From the NCBI RefSeq assembly GCF_004010195.1, contig NC_057753.1, positions 8,452,263 through 8,490,555 of the forward strand: a stretch of 38,293 nt of DNA, read 5' to 3'. Shown piece by piece: positions 25,019 through 37,709 of the stretch. Positions within the stretch are counted from its first letter, which is position 1. Every line of letters starts with the position of its first letter. A model generated the notes under the pieces. That model saw only the letters and a list, made by a program, of their open reading frames with translations. It was not told the origin of the DNA and searched no databases. Made by a program: the position numbers and the translations under genes. Source of the stretch: Chiloscyllium plagiosum (lineage: Eukaryota).

Positions 25019-25881
25019 ATATTTCATGGTATTATCGCTCAAATCTGAAAAGAAAAATGATCAACAGAGTGACTGCATTTATTGTGTTAATGTACCATTT
25101 ATATTTGCATTAAATTAATTATAGAAATTCTCCAAAAACATCCGCTAAAAAACAGAGGAAGTTAATGTTGATACTTTGTGTTTTTACATTTTCATTGTAA
25201 GGTAAATAATAATTCAATTACCACAGTGAAATTCAATATTATTTATGCTTTGGAAATGATATTGTTGATGAGCTGCTAAGTAATTGCTATGGTGATATAA
25301 TCTTCCTGTCTATACTCTGCGGTTGAATTATTCTATTGTTATCGCTGTGTTTAATGTTTAAGTGCAACTATATGCTTCTGTGAATTATCACACTAAATTC
25401 ATGATGTCAGTATAGATCTATGGTAGCACCGGTTTTTCACGTAGATGGAGAAATTCCCATAAATCATTCATTAATTTACAAGATCGAGCAAATGAAGAAT
25501 TTCGACTAATTTTATTGAAAAATATGTTCAAACGTTTTTACGAAGCATTAGGATGTTGATAGGTACAACAGATCTATTGTTATTATTTTTACTTGACCGC
25601 TACTTGTCAGTATTTCCTCCAGAACAGTATTTATGTTCTCAATCTCCAAAAGATTCTGCTTTACCTCAAGTCTCCACTTCCACACTCACTGCAGCTGAAG
25701 ATTCTGTATTGTTGAGCACTGTGATTGAGATCCAAGGAGATGACAATATCTGAGATCCTCTTCCAATCTTTTCTTCTCTTTCCGTGTTCAACAAAGTTCC
25801 ATAAATTGTGTCCTTTCTTGAAGCAGGTTTTTAAAATATCGTCGAATCACGACATGATAAATATGATCATTTAAATTTTAG

Positions 25882-26079
25882 TGGAGTTTATTTCCCAGTT
25901 TCCTGTCTATTACAGCAATTTGCAGGTTTCGTGCTGCTATAAATTATGCAGTCATGGACACTTCTGTCTGGTTAATGGTCCCATTCACTTTTGATCAACT
26001 TGTGACAATTTCTTGCTGGAAGCTGAAAATAAAGTACTGCACCCAGAAGGTGGCAGCAAGGGCAATTGGAACTGTGTTC
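25882..26079 (+). pseudogene. Intronic fragment of GPCR exon 2 (ECL1-TM3-ICL2-start of TM4)
   Basis: Matches 1175-1376 and 26585-26786 (gtgctgctataaattatgcagtcatggaca...gcaattggaactgtgttc) with a 4-nt deletion; absent from the copy A intron. Confidence 0.9.
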
Positions 26080-26451
26080 AAATGTTGCTAATGTGGACAC
26101 TAACCTTCCGTGGATCTGCCTTTCCATTCTTTCACTATTTGTTTTATTTCTTTTCAATCCGTTTTGATGTTCCTGTACTAATTTTGGAGAAAAGCCGATT
26201 TCATGCTGTTATTCATTTGCTGTCATTTGATGTATTTGTAATCCTATGACAATCAACGGATGTACTTTCAATTTGCATGAGAGAACTAAAGGCAGAACGT
26301 AATTTTATGATTAATTGCAATCTTACAACCATTGACACAGTTTTCCAAATTTATGCATTCGCTGACTTTAGCAATTTTAATTATATTAATGTTAACTTCA
26401 CTGTTTTCCCTGCTTCTTGCATCGATATTTCTCTATTTCTCCCTATTACAG

Positions 26452-27446
26452 CTAACATGTCGGTGATTGTCGTCCTGTCTCGAAATAGATGCGGTCTTTC
26501 TGGGTGCATTATTTATTACCTTGTGTCCATGGCAGTGACGGATCTCCTGGTTATTGTCACGACAGTAATTATGAACCGAATCGCTGGAATTTATTTACCA
26601 AACAGTTTCCTGTCTATTACACCAATTTGCAGTTTTCGTGCTGCTATAAATTATGCAGTCATGGACAGTTCTATCTGGTTAATGGTCCCATTCACTTTTG
26701 GTCGACTTGTGACAATTTCTTGCCAGAAGCTGAAATGAAAGTACTGCACCCAGAAGGTGGCAGCACGGGCAATTGGAACTGTGTTCGTGCTGTCCTGTAT
26801 AAAGAACGGCTTCACATATTTTTATTGTGAACCTTCATATGTAATTGACAATGTACCCTGGTTCTGTAGCCTAAAACTCTCAGTTTATGAATCACCTTTA
26901 TGGGCTGCATATGACTGGATTCGTATAATTTTAAGCCCAATTCTCCCATTCATCCTGATTTTACTATTCAACGCTCTAACCGTCCAACAGATTCTAGTGG
27001 CCAATGGAGCTCGCAGAAGATTCCGATCTCACAGCAATGGAGAAAATCAGGTTGATTCAGAGATGGAAAAGCGCAGAAAGTCTATTGTTTTACTTTTTGG
27101 CATCTCAGGCAGTTTTATCACGCTAAACGTGTTGTATTTTATAACGATAGCCTATATTCGAATAACAAAACTTACTTACCCTTCATTTCCTGATCTCAGT
27201 AATTCCACGTTTATACTCCAACAGAGCGGATTCATGCTTCAGTTGCTGAGTTCCTGTGTCAACCCATTTATCTACGCCGGGACACAAAATGTATTCAGAG
27301 CCGAGTTACTGAAAGGGTTTAAATATCCGTGGAGCGTTTTTTATAAAAAATGCTTAATGTTCGAAAATCGCACAATAGCTGCACCACATATTGCTATACC
27401 ATCTCTCTTTGTTCATGATATACAGAATTTCACTTTAAATGTTTAA
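26452..27446 (+). pseudogene. GPR139/GPR142-like GPCR copy B, coding exon 2; in-frame stop and altered DRY motif
   Basis: ORFs 26277-26738 and 26757-27446 share a frame, separated by TGA at 26736-26738 (TTA at 1326 in copy A). TFDR is TFGR at 26700. NPFIY is present. The C-terminus is frameshifted and extended relative to copy A. Confidence 0.88.
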
Positions 27447-28229
27447 TTTTTTTCAATTTCTAATATGCTTTCTATATATATAAAATATAAATTTTGTCGC
27501 ATTGTTAATAAATATGTTTGTTTTGCAACTCGTTTCCAGGTTTTCTCCAGTTTGTTAGCAGCTTTGTAACTAAGTCGTGTACACTTCACTGTGGTCTGGG
27601 AGAACTACAAAAACTCTCGATTTGAAATCTCCACACAGTTGGCTTACTCAATCATGATGATTCTTTTCATTATGTCATTGAATGTTAGGACAAGGGAAAC
27701 ACCCATTTCTGTCTCTAACATTTCACTTGAATCAAACATCTGATTTATGTCAAGGTCTAGGTGGACTCAATTAGCATTCACACATGCTTAGCGCTTCCTG
27801 AAACTTAGTCATTTTTTCACCCATTTCAGCCAGCAACCGCGAGTGCCCAATATTAACCTGTCTGCATTAATTGGTGAACAGCAACAGATAAACAGAGCTT
27901 GATAATTAATTAACCTCTATAGGAAACCAGCAGCGAGTTGTGACTTCTTGCCAAATATCAGTTTTTCACAGACTAGACTCAGTACCGTGAGGAGAAAAAA
28001 GACAGACGTTTGCATTGTCTCAAGAAGAATAATGGACAAGGAGACTCAATCAACATTCATAACCCATTTGGTACACAGTTTTCATACACTTTATGAGCAT
28101 TTCGGACCTCAGTATTTACGACCTCGCTTGAACAAAAACAAGGATAAAAGAACCTTTTATAGTGTCAATGTCGTCAGATTAGGAACAATGCAATTGTAAA
28201 AAATACTGATGCAGGTAGTTGGACAGAGA

Positions 28230-29860
28230 ACAAATAACAAAGGAACAAAAGAGATGTACAGGAAAAAACCTTTTGGCCATCCGAGCCTCTGCCAATCAGC
28301 ATTGCCTAAATAAATAAGAACTTCTTATTATTCCACCTGTGTTCTGTCCCTTTTTATTAAAAGATCCCATGTGTCTTAAATATTACTAACCTGTTTGCTT
28401 CTACCAGCTCTTCTGACTTTGCATTCTCGGCCCCTGCCACTCTCTGCCTAGAGAGGGGAAAGGTTTAAAAGGATCAAAGTGGAAACTCTTTCACGCAGAG
28501 GGTCGTGGTTGTATGGAATGAGCTACCAGAGGAAGTGGTAGAGGCTGATAAATTTTCAACTTTAAAAAGGAATTCGGATGAGTATATGAACAGGAAGATT
28601 TTAGAGGAATATGGACCACGCGTTGGAAACTGGCAGTAGATTAGATTTGCAAATCTGGTCGACATGGACAAGTTGGACCAAAGGGTCTGTTTCTGTGCTG
28701 TGCGTCTCTGTTACTCTGCGACTTTATTTCCCTTAAACTTCCCCCCTCACTTTGAGTCTGTGTCCCTTTGAAATCCAAATTTCAACCGTGGGAGAAAAAA
28801 GGCCTCTGACAAGCCATCATATGTATGCCTCACATAATTTTATGGACGTCCATTAGGTCTCCTCCAAATCGCCGTTTTTTTCCAGTAAGAATAACCATGG
28901 ATGTTTTAACTTTTCCTCATAGCCAATGTTCTTGTGACCACGCAACATCTTCGTGAGTGTGCTTGGCATTCTCTCCAAAGTTTAAACTTCCTTCTGGTGG
29001 TGTAGCGAACAAAGATTGCACACAATAGCTCCAATGAGGCCTTATACCTGTTTTATACAACTACAACATAGTTTGCCAAATTTTGTACTCCATGTCCCGG
29101 CCAATGAATGTAAGCATGCCATATGCCTTCATACCCATTTCTAGGAAACTGGGGACCTGCACGCCCAGATTCGCCTGTATGTTAGTGCTCCTAACAATTC
29201 TGCCATTTGAAGTATAATTCAAACCTTAAATTTGATCTTCTAAAGTGAATCAATTCTCACTTATCTGGATTAAACTTCACCTGCCATTTCTGTAACTAAG
29301 TCGGCAATATATATATTCGATTCTATTTTTTCGCAATCATCACTATTAGCAACTACAGCGATCTTCGTGTCATCTGTAAACTTACTAATTAGGCCAGCCA
29401 CATTTTCCTCCAGATCATTTATATCGACTATAAACAACAGAGGACTAAAGAATGATCCGTGTGGTGAGACTGATTGGTGAGACATGATCTTCCCGGACAA
29501 AACCATGCAGTCTGTGACTAGCTATTCCATCTTCCAATAGTACATGCGTTATCCCTCAGTAACTTCTCTAAGAAATTCACCACCAGAGGCGTGACGCTCC
29601 GCAGCCTATAATTTCATGCATTATACCTGTTTCCTATCTTCAACAACAGAACAACATTGCAAAATCTCGAATCCTCTGGAACCTCGCCTGTGGTCAAAGA
29701 GAATGTGAAGATATATGCTAAAACTCGAGTTATTTCTTCCCATGCCTATCTTATAACCTGGGATAGATCCGAACTTGCCCAGGAGACTTTTCTACCATAA
29801 TGCAACTTAGGATAATCAACACTTCCTCCTTCAATATATTGACATACTCTAGAACATTCA
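28230..29860 (-). mobile_element. Old CR1 LINE fragment with nested plus-strand CR1 3' end (~28450-28725)
   Basis: INDLEENVAGLISKFTDDTKI at 29270-29506; the left part is paralogous to 2840-3781. Confidence 0.75.
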
Positions 29861-30499
29861 CGGAGTCATTCCTGAACCCAGTAGACCCTCGAAATGCTTG
29901 ACATCCGCGAGAGCTAACAGTCCGTAGTTCTCAAGAGAAAATAGTTGATTTTCAAAGTCTGACTTAAGACATAGAGAAAGCCACATCGACATAACAACGG
30001 TACCAACGGCGCAACTGGTTAACATTCTTGATAAAAGAACAGAAAGAAAAAGTATAGAACATTTTGGAACACAAGTTGCCTGGCTGTAATTTGAACAGAT
30101 TCAGTGAATGTCCGAAATTTAGTTTGTTTAACCACAAGAAGTTAACGAAAAGCAGGCCACACCACTTTACACAATGCGCTCACTGATTGTGGGTTGAATT
30201 GCTCCACTTTTAGTGTTCCGGTTTTAGTTCACAGAGGGGTGTCAAACTCCACTTTATAGCACTTAAGAGGATCTTGTCGGGATCGTTCTGTATTTGGGTT
30301 GAGGTTTGTTGTACTCAAAGGGAGGGATTTGCACAGTTTTGAACAGAATGAGGGTACGACAGGTCCCAGCAAATTTAAACAGACGTGGTGACTAACGTCT
30401 CAGATCTTTGGATAACCTCAGACGGGAAGTAGAATATCTGTTTAATTTAGGTTGCTTGTTGTTGGTAAAATCAAAAATGGGGTTATTGCTCTTTAAGTC

Positions 30500-33400
30500 A
30501 CTAAGATTTTGTGCGTGTTTTTAAAAAAATAAGGTGAGCAAGGCAAAGGTGTTGAAATTGGCAGACAAGCTGGAGTTGGGGTTTCCTTCGTCTGTGAGAA
30601 ATGAAGAGGTAGTTACAGAAATAGCTCGATTTAAGTTTGCTGGAAACGTCATCGAATTCTGAGGAAATGGCGGGAATTCAATTGCAGATGACACTGTTTT
30701 AAAAGGAAAGGTATCGAAAGCAGCTGGAATTCAAATAAATGCAAAGGAAAGGGAAAAGGAAAGTATCGCTATGCAGAACAAAATGAAAAGAAGAGGAAAC
30801 TCCCCGAAGATGAAGGGGAAAAGAAATAGAGGAAATGAATAAAGAGAGAAAGAGTTTGACATTCAGAAATTGGCCATTAGAGAGGGAAGTTGGCTCAAAA
30901 CGATTGATGTGAAGTTAGAAGGTAAACATTGTTAGGAGGATTGTGATGATGAGAAAACACATCTTGGCCAACAATCTTTTATGGATATATACAAATATGA
31001 TCAAATATTTGCAAAATTTAATGAAAAAAGTTTTAGTAGACCTTTTCCTTTCCTTTACGCAATTGGCTAAACAGATGAGCTGGCCAAAGAATGAATGGGT
31101 AACGTTAACTCAGACCAAGCTGATAGGCAAGGTAATTGAGATGTTTAAAGCTCTGTCTGAGGTGGTATCATGAGAATATGAAGAAGTAAAAAGCACAATT
31201 TTTAGTGACTACAAGTTGGCAACATAAGCAAATACAGAAAGGATCAGAAATTTAAGGAAGGAACCAGGTCAGATTTAGATCACGTTTGAAAGAATTAAAC
31301 AGAATAACGTCAAAAATGAGTGAGACCATTCAAGTTAGAAAAGGCATACGAAACTCTTAGAAATATTATTCTGCTAGAGGAGAATAGAAACAACTTTTCA
31401 GAACTGACATGAACTCATTTTGAGGTACAGGAAGTTAAAAAGTGAGAAAAGATGCAAAAATAGCGTTTGAATACACATTAGTGCATAAATTGAAATCTTG
31501 CTTCCCATAGCATTTTCAAGCCGTGAGGTATAGAAATTGGAAAAGGCATAGATCCTTCCATGGAAGGCAAACAGTAGAGCACCATAGGAGCAATTTAACC
31601 ACATGTGTCAAACTTAACCAAAGAGGTTGGAAAATCTTGAAAGTCCTCAGTCGGCTTCCGCTGCAATGAGGTGGGACATACAAAGTCACAGTGCTCGTGT
31701 TTAAGAAAGGTACCAGGAAAAAGGATTTGGCAAAAGAGCTAAATCTGTTCGGACTACTTAAGGTAGTGAAGGAATTCCCAAGAGAAGTCGATGAGCAGTA
31801 GGAGAGTGCCAGTCTAGTCACGGGTTGAGTAGTAAAATAGCGCCAGATCTTTTCAAATACTTCGCCTGTGTGGCTAAGTTATATTCAGGTTCAACACGGG
31901 GAGTAGCTAAAGAAAATAAAGTCTTGAGAGATACGGGAGATAGTGTGTCTCTCATAATAAGAAATGAAAATATTTGCACTCCTTCTGATACATTGCCCGT
32001 GAGTGTGGTAATTTGAGATACAAATGGAGAGAGGATTCGTGTTCCCCTGTGCAGAGTTTCGCCTAGAAAGTCCAAACAAGACTAAGGATATGATAATGGG
32101 ACTGATGGATACGATGGCTATTCTCGGAATTCAGTTTATTCTTGGCCACGATATAGCTGGTTCGCATGCAAGCGTGTTGCCCAGATCAGTGGGGAAGCTG
32201 AAAGAAATCAACGGAACTAAGGAGTTAAAAGAACAATACCACGTATAAAGTTTAGAGACTGTGTGGTGACAAGATTCCACAGCCATAAGTTAAATCAAGA
32301 AAGTAAGACAAAAGAGAAAGATGAAGGAGTTGAGGTTCAGTTAGCTGACAATCTGCTTGATGAACTGACAAAAATAAAATGCAAGCAGCTGGAGCTGTTT
32401 AGTTCTGAAAGATTAATGGAGTTACAACAACAAAGATGAGTCTACAAAGGAATAATATCATAAAACCTACTCGGAAAAGGAATCAGAATGCATTCCATAA
32501 CTCTATTACCTTAAGGATTTAAGCCTAAAGTGGAACTGCAGATCTTGGCAGGCTAGTGCAGTTGAGAAATTAGTTCATCAGATTTTGTTGCCGGTTGAAT
32601 GCAGAAAAAAATTGTTGCAGTAGCACACGAATTACCTGTGGGTGATCATACAGCAGTTAGAAAGTCTCAGGCCAAGAAACAGCAGCATTTGTGCTAGCCT
32701 GGATTATGTAAAACTGGTTGAATTATGCCATGCCTGTCTCATGAGTCAGATGTTAGGAAAGCCATAGGGAGTGATAAAACCAGCGCCTTTGCCGCAAATT
32801 CCCCCATTTGAGGAAGTTTTTACATGGGTTACAATTGATTTTGTATGTCCCCTTGTAAAAACAGAATGTGGGAACCATTATTTGCGAAACGTAATGGATG
32901 TATTTAAGGGTTTTCCCAAGGCGATTCCAATACAGAATATCAAGGCAAAAAAGGTTGTGGGGGAGTCGCTTGCTTTCATTACTTATCATAAATTACTGAG
33001 AGCTATTCAGCTAAACCATGGGTCCTTTGGAATGCCAAATTATTTGCGGTGGTCATTGATAGTTGAGACATCAAACACTTTAAATCAAATGCGTACCATC
33101 TCAGGAATCGTTGGAAATGTGGCGCCAGAATCTGAAGACATATCGGAGATGTTATAGCAAGTATGACTCAAATGACTATGATAAAAATATCCCTTTGGTA
33201 TGACTTGATGTTACAGATGCTCCAAATGAATCGACTCTGTTTACTCTATTGATATTAGGCAATGAAGTAAGAGGGCCTTTCCAATTAATTATGGAAAATT
33301 AGATAGATCTGATGCTAGAGATCTCACAGTTAATTTTTAATCTGAGATGAGAGAATGTTTAGACAGAGTAAGTGAATTAGCTTGACAATATTTGAAAATG

Positions 33401-33770
33401 GCACAGCACCTAATTAAGAAAGAAACAGAGAATAAATCTAAAATTCATACTTTTACCCGTAGGAATCAGGCTTTGTTGCTGTAATTGGTGGTAGAATATC
33501 CCTTCAAAGCAATGTTTGTCGCTCCATATCAGATTGAGAAGAAGTCAGGTGAATTACCTAGTAAATATTGCCAATCAGAAAAAGAAACAGCGTGTCGCAT
33601 GAACAAACTGAAACATTATTATGACAGGGAAAAGATTCCAGAGAAACAGGCACTGCCACTCAGACTGAGGAATCAAATTCAGGTAATTACGATTTTGATG
33701 TGCCTAGGATTAAATTGAAAATTAAAGAAGTCCTCAAGAAACAAGATCGTGTAAGTTTTCTACCGGACCC
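30500..33770 (+). mobile_element. Decayed Ty3/gypsy LTR retrotransposon internal region, Gmr1-like (gag-protease-integrase)
   Basis: Gag-like FLSF..LAKQMSWPKNEW; zinc knuckle (G)FRCNEVGHTKSQC at ~31653-31694; protease LRDTG (~31924) and ILGHD; integrase AHE...H, PFEEVFTWVTIDFVCPL and a GPY/F-like PFKAMFVAPY. No RT lies between protease and integrase. Confidence 0.8.
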
Positions 33771-33804
33771 CGCTAACAAAGATGTACTGGAAATGAACCT
33801 TCAA

Positions 33805-33866
33805 GCTCAGCGAGCAAACCTACATCCAAAACCTCAACCTGTGCTACAGATCTTCTCAAACTCGCA
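33805..33866 (+). mobile_element. Short Penelope terminal-repeat remnant
   Basis: cagcgagcaaacctacatcc...gctacagatcttctcaaactc resembles the reverse complement of 10921-10990. Confidence 0.45.
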
Positions 33867-33930
33867 CAGATATACAGAGTCGCAAACTGAAATGCAGATT
33901 TTGGAACGAAGTAGATTTTGGACCGATGCA

Positions 33931-34243
33931 GCAGGCACGGTAGCCCAGTGGTTAGTACTGCTATCTCACAGCGTCTGAGACCAGGGTTCAGTTCCTACCT
34001 CGGGCAATTGCCTGTGTGGAGTTTGCACATTCTCCCTGTGTCTACGTGGGTGTGCTCCGGTTTCCTCCCACAGACCAAACGTGTGCAGGTTCAGTGACTT
34101 GGCCGTGCTAAATTTCCCGTAGTGTTAGGTGAAGGGGTAAATGCAGTGGAATGGGTCTGAGTGGGTTGCTCTTCGGAGGGTCGGTGTGCACTTGTTGGGC
34201 CGAAGGACCTGTCACCACACTGTAAGTAATCTAATTAAAAAAA
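33931..34243 (+). mobile_element. HE1-type (V-SINE) tRNA-derived SINE
   Basis: GGCACGGTAGCCCAGTGGTTAG (A box), GGTTCAGTTCC (B box), V-domain and an A-rich tail. Confidence 0.88.
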
Positions 34244-35659
34244 CATTGTTGTCACGGGTGACGTTTACTTCCCTAACATTCATTGCAAGCTCCTGAGCTC
34301 AAATAGTTGAATGGAGCAGATTTTTCCAGGTGTGTCTGGGAAGGAATCCTGATTCAATATGCAGTCAGGACGACGAGAGGGAAGCCGAATTGGATTTGGA
34401 GCTTGGAAAAGAATTACGTCAGGTGTCATATCTCTCGGTGGAAAACCATTTCAGTCAAAGTGATCACAACTAATGACCTTTAATTTAGTTATGAAGAGGG
34501 ATAGGAGCAGATGCTATGGGAAAATAATTAATTGGGATGAGGCTAATCACCATGCTATTAGGCAGAAACTAGAGTGTCTAAAGTGGGAACAAATATTCTC
34601 ATGGAAGTACCCGACAGAAATGTGGTGGTTGTTTCGGAGGTACTTGCTGATAGTGCTGGACAGGTTTGTCCCACTGAGGCAAGGCTTGTCCCACATGGGG
34701 CAGCGTCAAGGAACCGTGGGTTACAAGGGACGTGGAACATCTGGTCACGAGGAAGAAATAAGCTTACTTGAGTTTGAGGAGGCAAGTATGAGTCGGGTTC
34801 TAAAGTATAACAAGGTAGTCAGGAAGGAACTGACGAATGGAACGAGGAGAGTAAGAAAAGGGCATGAAAAGGTTTAGTGTATCGGATTAAGGAAAAGCCT
34901 TAGGCATTCTATACTTTGGTTAGGAACAACAGGATGGCCAGAATGTGGGTAGGGCTGATCGTGGAGAGTGAATGGAACATTTGCCTGGAATTGGAGGAAT
35001 TAGGGAAGTTCCTTAATGAATACTCTGCTTCAGTATTCACGACTGAGAGGGACTTTGACATTTCTGAGGACTGCATGAAATAGGCTGATACGCTCGAACT
35101 GTTTGGTGTTAATCAGAAAGAAGTGCTGAAAATCTTGTAAAATGTAAGAATAGATATGTCCACAGGGCCAGTTGGGATATGCCCAAGGTTAATACGGGAA
35201 GCGAGGGAAGAGGTTGCTGTGCCATTGGCGATGAACTTTGTGCTCTCAACTATCCACTGGCAAATGTGATTACCTTGTTCAGGGGACAGGGATAATTTGG
35301 GAATTACAGACCAGTCAGACTTACGTCTGTGGTAAGAATATTATTCGATCCTGAGAGACAAGCTTTATGAATACATGAAAAAACATAATCTGATTAGAAA
35401 GAGTTAGCATGACTTGCAACGGACAGGTGATTCCTCAAAAGACATGTTAAATTCTTTGAAGATGTGAAAAAAGACACTTGTGAAAGTAGAACAGTGAATG
35501 TTGTGTACATGGATTTTAGTAAGGCATGGCGTTTGATTAAGTTTTCCATGGTAGACTCTTTCAGAAAGTAAACAGGCATGGGATTCAGGGATATTTGGCT
35601 GTCTGGATACAGAATTGACTGGCCCATAAAAAATAGAGAGTGGCATCAGATAAGATTGG

Positions 35660-35960
35660 TCAGATTAGATTCTCTCCAGTGTGAAAAAAGAACCTTCAGA
35701 CCAACAAAGCAGCACCAACCCTCTGAAGAGTAACCCACTCAGACCAATTTCACTTTGAATAACGCACCTAACACAATGGGCAATTTAGTATGGCCAGTTC
35801 ACCTACTTGGTGCATCATTGGACTGTGGGACGAAACCCACACAGACATGGAGAGGAGGGGCAATCTCCATACAGGCAGTCACCCAACCCTGGAATCGAAC
35901 CAGCGCCCCGGGGCTGTGATACATTATTGCTAATTACTGAGCCATTGAGCCACCCCCAAC
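35660..35960 (-). mobile_element. Degenerate HE1-type SINE
   Basis: Colinear with 21821-22131 (gaagagtaaccc, ggactgtggga, gaaaccca, ggaatcgaacc). Confidence 0.75.
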
Positions 35961-36179
35961 TGCATATGGGAAGCATTCAGCCTGGAGTTCGGTGGCCAGT
36001 CGTGTTCTCCAGATGAAGAACTGGACTGATAAATGGCCCATGGATGTCAACTTGGAAAAGTGTAAAGTGATTTACTTTGGAAGGTGAAATTGAGTGCACA
36101 ATGCAGGGTTTAAGACAATGTTCTTGGAAATGGGGACGAACAGAGGAATCTTGGGGTCCATAGTTCCCACAAAGAAACG

Positions 36180-36522
36180 AGAGGTAATGGCCTAGTGGTA
36201 TTCTCACTGGACTACTAAGTCAGAGACCTGCGTTAGAATCCTGATATGGCAGAGGGTGGAGTTTGAATTCAACAAACATCTAGGGCAAGGGTCGTCTGAA
36301 GATGACCAAGAGGCCATTCTAGATTGTTTTAAAAGGAAACACCCAGTTCGGTCACGTCCATCAGGGAAAAGCACAATGTATATTCATCTTTTCTTGGTCT
36401 GGCCTACATGCGTCTCCAGGCTCAACACTCTGTGCGTAACACCTACCTGCACTCTGGCCAATTAGAAATAGGCAAGAAATACTGGCCAATCCAGCGACGC
36501 CCTCATCCAATAAATGAATAAA
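36180..36522 (+). mobile_element. Second, unrelated tRNA-derived SINE family member
   Basis: A-box-like TGGCCTAGTGG, a degenerate B box and an aataaatgaataaa tail; it interrupts the CR1. Confidence 0.55.
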
Positions 36523-37709
36523 CTTCCCACCCAAGTTGATAGGGTTGTTGAGAGAGCGAATGATATGTTGGTTTTCATGAGCTGGCAGTTTGAGTTCAAG
36601 ATCAGTGCAGCTATATTATAATCCTGGTTCTAAGACACTTGGAACACTGTGTACAGTTCTGTTGGCCTCAATACCGGAAGTATGTGCAAGCGTTAGGGAG
36701 GGTGCAAAGGAGAATTACCAGCATGGAGCCTGAATTCAAGAGCATGCCTTATAAAGAAATATTGAAAGAGCTATGTCTTTTCCTCATTGGAGGGTAGAAG
36801 GTTGAGATGAGACTTGATAGATGTGCACAAGGTGATGAGAGGCATGGATAGAGTGAATAATCAGAGATTACTTCCCAGGGCAGAAATGGCTATCACGGGG
36901 GTCATAATTTTAGCGTGACTGGAGGACGATTCGTGATTTAGGTGAAATTTCAGAGGTTCATTCGTTACACAGAGAGTGGTGGGTGCGTGGAACGCACTGC
37001 CAGCAGTTATAACAGAGTCAAATACATTAGGGAAACTTAAGCGACTCTTGGATAATCACATGGATGATAGTAAAATGAAAGATACGGAGACTTGCGTAAT
37101 CGCAGAGTAGGATGAAAGGTCGGCTCGACATCTGTGGCTGAAGAGCCTGCACTGTGTTATACTGTTCTCTGCTCTACGTTCTACGTTCTATGTTCTTTGA
37201 CCAGCAACAAAAGTAAATATAATTTAGTATAAGTTAACTAATTTGATAACCTAATAGACACGATGTTACAATTTAATGAAGCTGTTACAATCTTTGCAAC
37301 ATCCCATAAAATACCCCATCGCAAAGGTTCTTGCAGGTAGGAGACTTCAGTGATAACGTTCGGACAAACCTCTGTTGAAGAATGGAACCTCTTTTCACTG
37401 TCACTGCTTCTCCCAGTTCCAAGCAGGTTTGTACTGCCTACTAAAACTAAACCAATCGAATTTAAAAAAACTTTAACTGGAGTGCTCGCCACACCCCTTT
37501 CATTGTACAACTGTTTAAAATAAAACCTAAAAGCCTCTATGGATTATTGACTAGGCAGTGATTGTTCGCTATTTCTCCACCACTGATTTTACAATTCATC
37601 TTAAAAAGATTCAATTACAATACAACCTTGTTGAGGGGGCAGCATCGTCACATAAAATAAAGAAGTGTCGCATTACAAAAATGGCGCCATTATAAATACC
37701 ATTAGTATT

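Larger units (their letters stand above)
24569..26451 (+). other. Phase-1 GT-AG intron of GPCR copy B (1883 nt)
   Basis: Donor CAG|gtaaag and acceptor ctctatttctccctattacag|CTAAC; the frame is preserved on splicing. Confidence 0.82.
25179..29157 (+). repeat. Direct duplication unit, copy B (partner of 1-3781)
   Basis: Colinear similarity with window positions 1-3781. Confidence 0.9.
34245..37197 (+). mobile_element. Long degenerate CR1 LINE ORF2 with two SINE insertions
   Basis: Decayed GD.N.P, SDH, RPV.LTS, YMDFSKA and HLEHCVQF motifs in order; (ctacgtt)n/tgttct tail at ~37160-37197. Confidence 0.82.
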
